Below, in pieces: positions 1 through 10,190 of a stretch of DNA of 64,000 nt; positions within the stretch are counted from its first letter, which is position 1, and each line of letters starts with the position of its first letter. A model generated the notes under the pieces. It did no database searches. It saw only the letters and a program-made list of their open reading frames with translations, and had not been told where the DNA came from. A program made the translations under genes and the position numbers. Source of the DNA: an uncultured Candidatus Bathyarchaeia archaeon (GTDB lineage Archaea > Thermoproteota > CALKCG01 > B24 > DRYS01); assembly GCA_964491605.1 (NCBI GenBank), contig CAZBGY010000002.1, positions 82,829-146,828 on the forward strand, given 5' to 3'.

Positions 1-672
1 CAGGATCCATTAAGGGAGGGAGCAGACGTAGTTACGGGTAGTACGCATAAAACGTTTTTCGGTCCTCAGGGAGGTATAATACTTTGTAGGAGAGATTATA
101 GTGAAGCTATCGATCATTCAGCATGGCAGCTTGTTAATAATCATCATATAAACCGTGTAGCAGCTCTAGCTGTAGCAACTTGTGAGATGCAGGCCTTCGG
201 TGCTTCTTATGCAGATCAAGTTATAGCGAACGCTAAGAGGCTTGCCGAGATGCTGTATAATGAGGGTATTAGGGTTTTATGCCCAGATAGAGGGTTTACA
301 GAATCCCATCAGGTAATAATCGATGTAGGGAAGGGGAGAGCGAACGGTATAAGTAGTAGGCTTGAGGAGGCGAATATCATAGTTAACCCTATGCCTATGC
401 CTTGGGATGAAGATGAAGAGGATGCTTCAGGTATAAGACTTGGAGTACAGGAAGTCACAAGGCTGGGTATGAAGGAAGACTGCATGGATGAAATAGCTCG
501 CCTTATAGCAGATGTCGTGCTTAATAGGAGGAGTCCCTCTGAGGTAAGGTACTCAACTGAATTACTTACCGAGAATTATCAGAGGATACACTTCTGTTTT
601 GATACAGATGGAGAAGCCTACAGATACTTCCATGTGGAGAATCTAGTAAAGGAGTTGAAGATGCAGGTATAG
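1..672 (+). CDS. Serine hydroxymethyltransferase-like PLP enzyme, archaeal type (C-terminal part; 5' end lies outside the window)
   Basis: Frame 1 is open from nt 1. Translation contains GSTHKTFFGPQGG (the SHMT PLP-lysine motif in its archaeal form) followed by the track ORF 187..672. Confidence 0.7.
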   Translation, partial: QDPLREGADVVTGSTHKTFFGPQGGIILCRRDYSEAIDHSAWQLVNNHHINRVAALAVATCEMQAFGASYADQVIANAKRLAEMLYNEGIRVLCPDRGFTESHQVIIDVGKGRANGISSRLEEANIIVNPMPMPWDEDEEDASGIRLGVQEVTRLGMKEDCMDEIARLIADVVLNRRSPSEVRYSTELLTENYQRIHFCFDTDGEAYRYFHVENLVKELKMQV

Positions 673-695
673 CCTTGGTTTATGGAGGGGATAGG

Positions 696-1616
696 ATGGC
701 TGCGTTGAAGAAAACGAACTGGATATGGATTGATGGAGAATTTAAACCTTGGGATGAAGCTAAGATACATATACTCACGCACGCATTACACTATGGTACA
801 GGTGTATTCGAAGGTATAAGAGCATACGTGTCTGATGGAAAAACGTATGTATTCAGGCTTAGGGAGCATATAGAAAGATTATTCAAATCAGCTAAGATAT
901 ACTTCATGGATATACCATATACCATCGAAGAAATCTGTAGGATCATAATAGAGTTGATCAAAATAAACGATATAAAGGAGGATTGCTATATAAGGCCCAT
1001 AGTATTTCGTGGATATGGATATATAGGTTTAAACCCACTCAATAACCCTATCCAGATGGCTATCGCCGTATTTCCGTTCGGTAAGTATTTATCAAGCGGC
1101 GGTGTGAGGTGCTGCGTATCCTCATGGCGTAGAATACCTGGATACTCCCTACCTCCTCAAGCTAAAGCTTGCGGGAACTATATAAACTCTGTTTTAGCGA
1201 AGATCGAAGCGTTAAAATCAGGGTATGATGAAGCGATACTGCTAGATGACAAGGGATACGTATCTGAGGGGAGCGGGGAAAATCTCTTCATAGTTAAGGA
1301 TGGAAAACTCTATACTCCACCCATATACTCAGATATACTTGAAGGTATAACTAGAGCTTCCATTATAGAGATGGCGTCTGATCTAGGCTATGAAGTTTAC
1401 GAGAGACCTATAGCTAGAGCTGAACTATATACCTGCGATGAAGCATTCTTCACAGGTACAGCCGCGGAGATAACGCCTATACTAGAGATAGATGGAAGGA
1501 AAATTGGAGATGGAAGGGAGGGACCGATAACAAGACGTATAAGATGTATGTTCGAAGAAGCTGTGAGAGGGAGGTTACCCAATTATGTAAAGTGGCTGAC
1601 TGAAGTATCGATCTGA
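696..1616 (+). CDS. ilvE: Branched-chain amino acid aminotransferase
   Basis: Class IV aminotransferase-like sequence (WIWIDGEF..., GTGVFEGIRAY, EGSGENLF). The ATG at 696 is preceded by GGAGGGGA. The track ORF starts at TTG 675. Confidence 0.85.
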   Translation: MAALKKTNWIWIDGEFKPWDEAKIHILTHALHYGTGVFEGIRAYVSDGKTYVFRLREHIERLFKSAKIYFMDIPYTIEEICRIIIELIKINDIKEDCYIRPIVFRGYGYIGLNPLNNPIQMAIAVFPFGKYLSSGGVRCCVSSWRRIPGYSLPPQAKACGNYINSVLAKIEALKSGYDEAILLDDKGYVSEGSGENLFIVKDGKLYTPPIYSDILEGITRASIIEMASDLGYEVYERPIARAELYTCDEAFFTGTAAEITPILEIDGRKIGDGREGPITRRIRCMFEEAVRGRLPNYVKWLTEVSI

Positions 1617-1634
1617 AATAGCATTCCAACTACC

Positions 1635-3269
1635 CTATGATCCGAGAAGCTTTACATACCTCAGTAGGATGCCTTTAACTGGTTTATATCTAGGCTTCCA
1701 TCTCTCCCTTCTTCCATCTAACTCCTTCCTAGATACTTCCAATTCAAGCCTCCTATTTCTTACATCTATACTGATAACATCGCCGTCCTCGACTAAAGCT
1801 ATGGGACCGCCGATAGCAGCTTCAGGCGATACATGACCTATACATAATCCACGTGTCGCTCCGGAAAATCTTCCATCAGTTATTAAGCTTACCCTATCGC
1901 TTAACCCCATTCCGGTAATAGTAGCCGTTATCTGCAACATTTCAGGCATACCAGGTCCACCTATCGGTCCTTCATATCTTACTACCAGTATATCATAATC
2001 CTTCAAAGTATCTTCCATCACTATTTTCAAAGCTTCCTCCTCTGAGTCGCATACTTTAGCATAACCTCTAAAGTTTAACATGGTAGATGGTATACCTGCA
2101 GTCTTTACTACAGCTCCATCTGGTGCTAGTGTTCCTCTAAGTATAGCTATTCCACCTTCAGGATGTAAAGGCGAATCTATAGGGTATATAACTCGCCTAT
2201 CCAATACTTTAGCTCCACGTATATTTTCACCTATCGTTCTACCTGTAACAGTCATCGTATCTAGGTATAGTAGATCTTTAAGTTCTGTGAGGAGTGCTGG
2301 AACACCACCAGCTAAATGGAAATCCAGCATATCATGCCTTCCGCCTAAACCTATGAGATCACATATATGCGGAACTCTACGGCTAATCTGATCAAACGTA
2401 TCTAGCGGTATCTCTACACCACATTCTCTAGCTATAGCGGGTATATGCAGAACTGTATTCGTCGATCCACCTAAAGCCATATCAACTACTATAGCGTTAT
2501 GGAACGATTTCCATGATAGGATATCTAACGGCTTTAAATCCTCACGTACAAGCTCGACTACTCTACGTCCAGCCTCCCTAGCTAAAGCAAGCCTCCTGCT
2601 ATATACTGCCGGTATGGTAGCGGTATAGGGTAAAGCCAATCCTAATGCTTCGGCTAAACAGGCCATAGTATTAGCTGTGAATAAACCGTTACAAGAACCG
2701 CATGTCGGGCATGAATATTCTTCTACCATCCTATACTCTTCTTCCGATATGATTGCACGTTTATACAAACCTACAGCTTCGGCGGCTGACGATATACCTA
2801 GATGGGTTCTACCATAGAAAGATCCTGATAGCATAGGCCCTCCTGTGACAACTATACTTGGAATATTAAGTCTAGCTACAGCCATTAGCATACCCGGCAG
2901 GATTTTATCGCAACTAGCTATAGCTACTAACCCATCAAGCCTATGAGCTTCTACCATCAACTCTAGAGTATCAGCTATCCAATCTCTAGAGGGTAGACTG
3001 AAATGCATACCTACATGACCCATAGCTATGCCATCACAGATGGCTATCGTATTGAATACGAACGGAACGCCACCAGCTTCCCTTACACCCTCTTTAACCG
3101 CTTCAGCCAATCTATTTAGATGCATGTGACCTGGGACTAGATCGGTATAACTGCACGCTATTCCGATGAACGGTTTACCGAAATCCTCTGCTCCTAATCC
3201 TAGGGCTCTCAGTAGAGCACGATGATGAGCTCTCTCCACACCTAGCTTAACGGTATCACTTCTTAACAT
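1635..3269 (-). CDS. ilvD: Dihydroxy-acid dehydratase
   Basis: 544 aa with typical IlvD/Edd motifs ([24 protein letters not shown]). Confidence 0.95.
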   Translation of the reverse strand: MLRSDTVKLGVERAHHRALLRALGLGAEDFGKPFIGIACSYTDLVPGHMHLNRLAEAVKEGVREAGGVPFVFNTIAICDGIAMGHVGMHFSLPSRDWIADTLELMVEAHRLDGLVAIASCDKILPGMLMAVARLNIPSIVVTGGPMLSGSFYGRTHLGISSAAEAVGLYKRAIISEEEYRMVEEYSCPTCGSCNGLFTANTMACLAEALGLALPYTATIPAVYSRRLALAREAGRRVVELVREDLKPLDILSWKSFHNAIVVDMALGGSTNTVLHIPAIARECGVEIPLDTFDQISRRVPHICDLIGLGGRHDMLDFHLAGGVPALLTELKDLLYLDTMTVTGRTIGENIRGAKVLDRRVIYPIDSPLHPEGGIAILRGTLAPDGAVVKTAGIPSTMLNFRGYAKVCDSEEEALKIVMEDTLKDYDILVVRYEGPIGGPGMPEMLQITATITGMGLSDRVSLITDGRFSGATRGLCIGHVSPEAAIGGPIALVEDGDVISIDVRNRRLELEVSRKELDGRRERWKPRYKPVKGILLRYVKLLGS

Positions 3270-3391
3270 GACGTAAAGAGTCTTTAGAATGAGAGTATAT
3301 AAGGGTATAAGTAGATGGGTTGAATTATATTGAGGCGGTAAGAAAACTAAAATATTATATCCGTCGTAAACCTATACCTAGATAAATTACC

Positions 3392-3775
3392 ATGTCTAAG
3401 CAGATAAAGATCATATCCAAAAGCATAGGCGAGGCCTACGCCGAACTTAGAGATGATCTAAACCCTAAAACCTGTGAAGCTATATGGAAATCGCTACCAC
3501 TCGAAGGTATAGCTCGAAGATGGGGCGATGAAGTATACTTCGACGTCGGGTTGAATATCGAATTAGAAAACCCGCTACAGGAGGTGGAGATAGGCGATGT
3601 AGCTTTCTGGCCTCCAGGTAGGGCTATATGTATATTCTTCGGGTTAACTCCGGTGAGTAGAGGGAATAAACCTAGAGCCTACAGCCCTGTGAACGTATTC
3701 GCTAGAATCATAGGAGATCCGAGGATATTCCGTAGAGTTGAAGATGGGGAGAGGATACGTATAGAGAAAGCCTAG
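3392..3775 (+). CDS. Cyclophilin-like fold protein of unknown function
   Basis: 127 aa. The pattern WGDEVYF...GDVAFWPPG..ICIFFG resembles the small cyclophilin-like family found in archaea. Confidence 0.5.
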   Translation: MSKQIKIISKSIGEAYAELRDDLNPKTCEAIWKSLPLEGIARRWGDEVYFDVGLNIELENPLQEVEIGDVAFWPPGRAICIFFGLTPVSRGNKPRAYSPVNVFARIIGDPRIFRRVEDGERIRIEKA

Positions 3776-3796
3776 TGATCGAATATCTTAAGCGAG

Positions 3797-4867
3797 TTAC
3801 CTCTCTATCTTTAAACCTACACCCTTGCAGGTTATCCTAGAGGGTTTTCCTTCTCCTCCATCCACCTCGAATTCTACGTTTAACAATTGCTTGGCAAGCT
3901 CTATACATGTGATCGTATGAAGGGTTAGCTCGGTAGTAGCTATGCTAGATTCTCCATCAGCTAGAGCCATCCATATTATGAGCTGATCCGCTAAATGCCT
4001 GTCCACAGGATACCCGACTTCTATCTGTGCTTCTAAATCTCTCACAGCTTCCTTAGCTATCTCTTCTGCGGGTATACCCTTAACCCCTAACCTATCTGAA
4101 GCTATCCTTGCACCGGAAGATAATTCTGCGTAGAGTAGTATACCACATCCAGGACTAACCGCACATCTAGGATGGGGAGGCTGAAGGATCTCCTTCTCCA
4201 ATACGATATCATAGCCTTTCTTCGATAATATACTTTCAACGGTAGATACCATACGATCTACTATATGAGAGGGGAGACGTGAGCTATAAGCTATTCCAGC
4301 TATACGCTTAACATAGCCAAATTCTACGATACGTATGGGTTTTAGTACATCACCTACAGGTGTAGAACTTACTCTAACCATACCTCCACCTAGAGGATAG
4401 AATCCTCTACGTAATAACTCTATACGCGGATCGAAACCCATAATCCTAAGTATAGGCAGTAGTATTCTCTCTAGGTAATCTATCGGAGGAGCCATAGGAT
4501 TATTCGTCCCACCGGTTATGGTAACCTCTACATGATCATACGTAAAAGCCATCAGAGGTAAGAGGGCTTGTAAAACTAGAGTGATGCTTCCAGCCGTACC
4601 TATGTCGAAGTTATACTTCCCGCCTCTAAGCGATCCGGGTATGAATGTTATTTCCTGGGAGCCTAATCTTAACCCCTCCACCTTAGCGTTAGATAGTTTA
4701 GCTACAGACTCCACCGAGATCATATGCTGTCTTCTAAGACCTGGATTAGGTCTTTTAGCTCTTATCTTAACTACCTTGACAGGTGTACCTGTTACGGCTG
4801 CAATCGGTAGAGTAAATCTCAGTATCTGCCCACCACCTTCCAGGATATCGCCATAGATTATCTTCAT
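3797..4867 (-). CDS. rtcA: RNA 3'-terminal phosphate cyclase
   Basis: 356 aa with an EGGGQILR N-terminus and the overall RtcA pattern, including the HLADQL region. Confidence 0.85.
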   Translation of the reverse strand: MKIIYGDILEGGGQILRFTLPIAAVTGTPVKVVKIRAKRPNPGLRRQHMISVESVAKLSNAKVEGLRLGSQEITFIPGSLRGGKYNFDIGTAGSITLVLQALLPLMAFTYDHVEVTITGGTNNPMAPPIDYLERILLPILRIMGFDPRIELLRRGFYPLGGGMVRVSSTPVGDVLKPIRIVEFGYVKRIAGIAYSSRLPSHIVDRMVSTVESILSKKGYDIVLEKEILQPPHPRCAVSPGCGILLYAELSSGARIASDRLGVKGIPAEEIAKEAVRDLEAQIEVGYPVDRHLADQLIIWMALADGESSIATTELTLHTITCIELAKQLLNVEFEVDGGEGKPSRITCKGVGLKIER

Positions 4868-4992
4868 ACCGCTCGACTATATAGAGTGGCTATGTGAGCT
4901 ATAAGCTATAAATCTAAGCTGACGGATTCCTCTTCGAGAAACATTTACCTCAAAGGTATATTCAGTCTATTATTTAGGATAGGGGTTCCTTT

Positions 4993-5931
4993 ATGGAAGG
5001 CAGGATGAATGAGCTTAAAGAATTAGAAGGAATATATTATCGTCAAGGTTATAGGATCGTAGGATCGCATAGACACAGTGCCGTTAAGATCTGTGAATGG
5101 ACTAGAGAAGCGTTAAGATCTAGAAGATACTGCTTTAAGCAGAAGTGGTACGGTATTCAAAGCCATAGATGTCTACAGTGTACTACAGCTCTCTATTGGT
5201 GTCTAAATAGATGCCTTTACTGCTGGAGAAGTTTTAAAGGTATGAAGGTATTACCGGGAGACGATGTTAAATGGGATGAGCCTGAAATACTTCTAGATGA
5301 GATGGTGGAAGCTCAGAGGAGCTTACTCATAGGCTTCAAAGGTAATCCTAGAGTAGATAGATCCATGCTGGAGGAGGCTTTCAATCCTACAAATGTAGCG
5401 ATAAGCCTTATAGGTGAAAGTCTTCTATACCCATATCTATCGGATTTCATAGAACTAACAAAGCATAGGAACATGACGAGCTTCCTTGTAACTAAAGGGA
5501 CGACACCTGACGAACTTCAGCGGTTATCATCGCATCCGACAAACCTTTACATAAGCTTATGCAGTCCAGATGAAGATACGTTTAGAAAACTTGAAACTCC
5601 GTTAGTACCTGATGGATGGAGTAGGGTGCTTAGAAGTTTAGAATTATTCTCAACCTTCGTAAATTCACGAAGGGTTATAAGGATAACTTTGGTTAAAGGA
5701 TGGAATATGGATAATATAGATGGCTATGCGAAGCTTATAGAGAAGGCTAACCCGGATTTCATAGAGCCGAAGGCGTATATGTGGGTCGGGGAATCTACTA
5801 GGAGATTAACTAAAGATGCGATGCCTACGTTAGAAGATGTTACAGGCTTCGCGGATAAGCTAGCTAGAGCAACCGGCTACAGGTTTATAGACGTATTTGA
5901 ACCTAGCCGTGTAGCTTTACTCAGTAGATAA
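4993..5931 (+). CDS. taw1: tRNA 4-demethylwyosine synthase (radical SAM, Taw1/Tyw1)
   Basis: Has the auxiliary Cys cluster region plus the radical SAM CxxxCxxC (CLNRCLYCWR). Length and C-terminal pattern are typical of archaeal Taw1. Confidence 0.8.
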   Translation: MEGRMNELKELEGIYYRQGYRIVGSHRHSAVKICEWTREALRSRRYCFKQKWYGIQSHRCLQCTTALYWCLNRCLYCWRSFKGMKVLPGDDVKWDEPEILLDEMVEAQRSLLIGFKGNPRVDRSMLEEAFNPTNVAISLIGESLLYPYLSDFIELTKHRNMTSFLVTKGTTPDELQRLSSHPTNLYISLCSPDEDTFRKLETPLVPDGWSRVLRSLELFSTFVNSRRVIRITLVKGWNMDNIDGYAKLIEKANPDFIEPKAYMWVGESTRRLTKDAMPTLEDVTGFADKLARATGYRFIDVFEPSRVALLSR

Positions 5932-6003
5932 GTTACTTATGAGGAATAGTTTAAACTTAAGACTTATTATCCGTTATCTGAGAAATTCTCAGCTAGATCT
6001 GAT

Positions 6004-6636
6004 ATGGTATTAAATAGTGATATTCTGACAGAGGTATTCGAGAAAGCAAAGATCGAACTCAACGAAGAGTTAGAGTTGGATGAGAAGATCAGATCACTCT
6101 ATAGAGATGTAGTAAGATATTCCAAGCTATCTATACTTAATTGTCATAGAGGGGAATTAGAGAAAGCCTACATGAATTTACGAGAAGCTGAGAATAAATT
6201 GAATATTCTCAGGAGTTTAGTATCATCGCGTCCTGAAGCAATCGGAGTGGAGTCCTATAAAACAGCTTGTCAAGAATACGTAGAGGCGTACCTTTACTTA
6301 TGCTATGTAGATGGTGTTAAACCTAAACTTCCTAGCGAACTGGGTATAAGTCCATCCACCTATATGCTAGGTCTAGCAGACTTAGTAGGTGAACTTAGAC
6401 GAGGTATACTAGAGTATCTGAGAAGAGGGGATATCACGGTAGCTGAGGATTATCTTAGAACTATGAAGCGTGTATACGAAGAATTGTTTCTAATAGAGGG
6501 GCCACCAGCTCTATCCGGTAGATTGAGACATAAAATCGATATAGCTAGAAGAATAGTGGAAGCCACCGAAAGCGAACTACTATTCGAATCCAGTAAGAAG
6601 AAGTTAATCGAAACCCTTTCGAAGCTGATGGAATGA
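6004..6636 (+). CDS. Translin-family protein
   Basis: 210 aa, helical, with the GLADLVGELRR motif typical of translin/TRAX. Confidence 0.55.
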   Translation: MVLNSDILTEVFEKAKIELNEELELDEKIRSLYRDVVRYSKLSILNCHRGELEKAYMNLREAENKLNILRSLVSSRPEAIGVESYKTACQEYVEAYLYLCYVDGVKPKLPSELGISPSTYMLGLADLVGELRRGILEYLRRGDITVAEDYLRTMKRVYEELFLIEGPPALSGRLRHKIDIARRIVEATESELLFESSKKKLIETLSKLME

Positions 6637-6655
6637 TCTTAAGGGTAGCTTACGT

Positions 6656-7573
6656 CTAAATTTCTTCCCTATGGTACGGTTTACCAAGGGATCGAGGAGC
6701 TCCTATCCTCCGTCTAATCCTCTCGATATTGAGTAATGCTAACGCTATTATCGTGAACACGTATGGTAGGGTGGATAGAAGCGGCGGGGAGAAGCCTAAC
6801 GGTTGTAATCTGAATTGCAATATCCTTATCCCGCCGAATAGATAGGATCCTATCAAAGCGTAGGATGGGTTCCAAGCTGAAAATACTGTAAGAGCGAGGG
6901 CAATCCATCCCTGACCGGCAGTCATGCCTTCTATCCACGTAGGCGTATATGCTACGCTTAAGTATGCTCCGGCTAAACCTGCTAAAGCTCCTCCGAGTAA
7001 AGTACATCCATACCTGGCGAGATATACATTTATACCTAGCGAGTCGGCTGATCTAGGATTATCACCAACCATCCTTATAGCTATACCTATCTTAGTCTTA
7101 AAAAGTATATACCATAGAGTAGCGGTGAGTATATATGAGAAGAATGTTAACGCATTCTGTCTGAAGAATGCTCCTATGATAGGTATGTCGGATAGCACAG
7201 CTATATCTATAGTTCCTAGGGAGCTACGTAGAGGAGTGCCTACGAGGTTTCTACCTATAAGAGAGCTTATACCGAGACCCACCATGGATAGAGCTAAACC
7301 GGATATCACTTGGTTAGATCTCATGGTTATCGAGGAGAATCCATGTATGAAGGATAATAGTATACCGGATACACAAGCTGAGAGTAATCCTATAATGAGG
7401 TTTCCGGTTGATAAGGTTGTATAGAAAGCTACAGCAGCACCCACAGCCATCATACCTTCCACACCTAGGTTCAACACACCTGAACGTTCAGCATATATCT
7501 CACCTAAGGCAGCTAGTAGGATGGGTGTACTAGCGTTTATCATCATGGAGATGAACTCCGTTATATAGTCCAT
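6656..7573 (-). CDS. ABC transporter permease (BMP/nucleoside-type importer)
   Basis: Polytopic membrane protein with the N-terminal GEIYAERSGVLNLGVEGMM motif of the branched-chain/sugar (BPD_transp_2) permease type. Abuts the upstream permease gene. Confidence 0.85.
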   Translation of the reverse strand: MDYITEFISMMINASTPILLAALGEIYAERSGVLNLGVEGMMAVGAAVAFYTTLSTGNLIIGLLSACVSGILLSFIHGFSSITMRSNQVISGLALSMVGLGISSLIGRNLVGTPLRSSLGTIDIAVLSDIPIIGAFFRQNALTFFSYILTATLWYILFKTKIGIAIRMVGDNPRSADSLGINVYLARYGCTLLGGALAGLAGAYLSVAYTPTWIEGMTAGQGWIALALTVFSAWNPSYALIGSYLFGGIRILQFRLQPLGFSPPLLSTLPYVFTIIALALLNIERIRRRIGAPRSLGKPYHREEI

Positions 7574-8647
7574 CTACTCCACCCTGACACGATATCTTCC
7601 TAAAGCTTCGACTACAAGTATCGATAAAAGTATGGATCCGTTGAATATGTTTGAAGTCGCGAACGGGAGGCCTAGGGATACCTGTATTATATCCCTACCG
7701 GTTAATAAGAATGCAAGTAGGAATGTGGATGGAATGGAACCGATAGGATTCAACCCTCCAAGCCACGCTCCTATTATCGCTGTATATCCATACCCAGAGG
7801 ATATCGAGGATGCATACCTTAAACGTCTATGTACACCGCATACCTCCCCTACACCAGCTAAACCCGCCAATCCTCCACTTATAACCATAGCTATTATCAG
7901 TCTGCTACTATATGGTATGCCGAGGTAGTCTGCAACCTTCTTACCTTGACCACATACCCTCATTTCGAAACCTAGGGCGGTCTTAAAGAGTAGTATGTAT
8001 ACCGTTATAGATGAAAGCATACCGAGTAGAAGTGTAGGCCAATGTATCCTTGTACCCGGTATGAGGGGGAGACACGCCGTAGCTGGAAACTTATCTGTAT
8101 ATGGGAATCCCCATTCACGAGCACCTTTCCAAGGCCCGTAAACTAGATAGTCTACTATCCCGCTAGCTATGTAATTCATCATAAGCGTCGAAACTATCTC
8201 GTTTACATTCAACTTAATCTTCAATAGTATGGGGATGAGCGCCCATAAAGCTCCGAATATTATACCTGCTATCAAAGCTATAGGTAGGCGAAGCGGCTCG
8301 TATACATCCACGAATAGAGCGATCCAAGTCGCCCCCACCGCTCCTAAGAGTAACTGCCCTTCGGCACCTATATTCCAGATACCTGTCTTAAATGCTACCG
8401 TAAGACCTACCGTGCAGATTAGTATAGGAATCAGCTTAGTTATTATCTCCGTTAACCCTGTATACGTAAAAGATCTTGTGAATATAAGCGTATAAGCATA
8501 CCATGGATCTATACCGCTAACAGCGAATATTACAGCTGAAAATAGAAATGAAAGAATCACAGCTAAAACTCTAAAAACTATTTTAACCAGTAAGCTCTGC
8601 TCCTCCCGCCTCTCTACCTTTATGCGCGGTATCCCTCTAATCTTCAT
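7574..8647 (-). CDS. ABC transporter permease (BMP/nucleoside-type importer)
   Basis: Polytopic membrane protein, paralogous to the permease type at 6656..7573. Overlaps the ATPase gene by 4 nt. Confidence 0.85.
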   Translation of the reverse strand: MKIRGIPRIKVERREEQSLLVKIVFRVLAVILSFLFSAVIFAVSGIDPWYAYTLIFTRSFTYTGLTEIITKLIPILICTVGLTVAFKTGIWNIGAEGQLLLGAVGATWIALFVDVYEPLRLPIALIAGIIFGALWALIPILLKIKLNVNEIVSTLMMNYIASGIVDYLVYGPWKGAREWGFPYTDKFPATACLPLIPGTRIHWPTLLLGMLSSITVYILLFKTALGFEMRVCGQGKKVADYLGIPYSSRLIIAMVISGGLAGLAGVGEVCGVHRRLRYASSISSGYGYTAIIGAWLGGLNPIGSIPSTFLLAFLLTGRDIIQVSLGLPFATSNIFNGSILLSILVVEALGRYRVRVE

Positions 8648-10125
8648 GATCCTATAACACCACTCATCATCAATCCTATCCTCTCAGGATCTGCTTCGCT
8701 TGCTTCCATGATATCCACAAATCTTCCTCCATACATAACGGCGATCCTATCGCTTAGTTGGAGTATTTCCTCTAAATCTTCAGATACGAGGAGTATAGCT
8801 GATCTCTTTCTAAGTTCCAGTATAAGCTTTCTAATCCGATTGGTCGAAGCAATATCTAAACCAAAGGTTGGATGAACTGCTATAACTAGATCTTTATCAA
8901 GTGAAAGCTCCCTAGCTAAGATTAACCTCGCTATATTACCTCCAGAGAGTTTACCTGCTGGAGCCCTTATATTAGGAACGATAACATTATACTTTTCGAC
9001 GAGGGTTTCAGCATAAGATTTCAATTCATCGATTTTAATGAATCCCTTATTCGAGAAATTCTTATAGAACATTAAGGCGATATTATCCAGAATGGTAAGC
9101 GAAGGAAGTATACCTAACCCGATACGTTCATCCGGTATATGCGATCCATATAGACGGAACCTTCCTGGGGAAGAAATCTCTTCACCCTTGATAAGAACCC
9201 TACCCCTCCTAATATTCCTCAAACCTGTGATAGCTTCTATAAGTTCCTTCTGTCCATTACCGGCAACACCGGCTATACCGAATATTTCACCTCTCTTAAC
9301 ATGAAAACTTACACCCCTCACAGCCTCACCACCCATATCATCTAATACATAGAGATCCTCGACCCTAAGTATCTCCTCTCCCGACTCCAATTTCTCCTTG
9401 ACTACATGCCTATCGATATCCGTACCGATCATAAGTCTAACAAGCTCATGTTCGTCAGCTTCATCCTTCATGATAGAAGCTACACATCTACCCCTTCTCA
9501 ATATGGTGATCCTATCAGCTATCCTTAAAACCTCCGGTATCCTGTGCGATACAAAAATTATACCCCTACCCTCCTCTTTTATCTTCGATATACAGTTGAA
9601 GAGTAGATCGACTTCCCGCGGTGAAAGCATGGTGGTAGGCTCATCTAGTATAAGGATCTTAGACCCTCTCACCAGCCCTTTAATCAATTCGACTTTATGC
9701 TTCTCTCCAAGAGATAGATGATGAACTACAGCGTTAAAGTCTACCGATATACCATATCTTTCAGCGATCTCTCGTATATAGTCTAATCCGCTATCAGCCT
9801 TTAAACCGGGTAATAGCATCGCTAGATTTTCCGCTACAGTTAGACTTTCAACTAATTCCGGAAGTTGAGGAACTCTCCCTATGCCAAGCCTTATGGCATC
9901 CTTAGGCGAATTTATGTAAACCCTCCTCCCTTCAACGTAGATTTCACCCTCATCCGGCTTATACAGTCCGTACAATATATTCATAAGAGTCGATTTACCC
10001 GCACCATTCTCACCGAGTAATCCATGCACTTCGCCTTTATACAATGTGAAATTTATAGAGTCATTAGCTAGTATATTAGAGAATCGTTTCGTTATTTTCA
10101 CCATTCTTAAAAGTTCTTCCTTCAT
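8644..10125 (-). CDS. ABC transporter ATP-binding protein with two fused ABC domains
   Basis: Walker A GENGAGKST, signature LSLGEKHKV/LSGGN, Walker B ILILDEP. Two ABC halves in 493 aa. Confidence 0.9.
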   Translation of the reverse strand: MKEELLRMVKITKRFSNILANDSINFTLYKGEVHGLLGENGAGKSTLMNILYGLYKPDEGEIYVEGRRVYINSPKDAIRLGIGRVPQLPELVESLTVAENLAMLLPGLKADSGLDYIREIAERYGISVDFNAVVHHLSLGEKHKVELIKGLVRGSKILILDEPTTMLSPREVDLLFNCISKIKEEGRGIIFVSHRIPEVLRIADRITILRRGRCVASIMKDEADEHELVRLMIGTDIDRHVVKEKLESGEEILRVEDLYVLDDMGGEAVRGVSFHVKRGEIFGIAGVAGNGQKELIEAITGLRNIRRGRVLIKGEEISSPGRFRLYGSHIPDERIGLGILPSLTILDNIALMFYKNFSNKGFIKIDELKSYAETLVEKYNVIVPNIRAPAGKLSGGNIARLILARELSLDKDLVIAVHPTFGLDIASTNRIRKLILELRKRSAILLVSEDLEEILQLSDRIAVMYGGRFVDIMEASEADPERIGLMMSGVIGS

Positions 10126-10190
10126 AGACGATAAACCTCTTCAACTTTGAAGAAAAGAGTTAGTTGAGGCATTCTGAAAGCTTAAGCAGA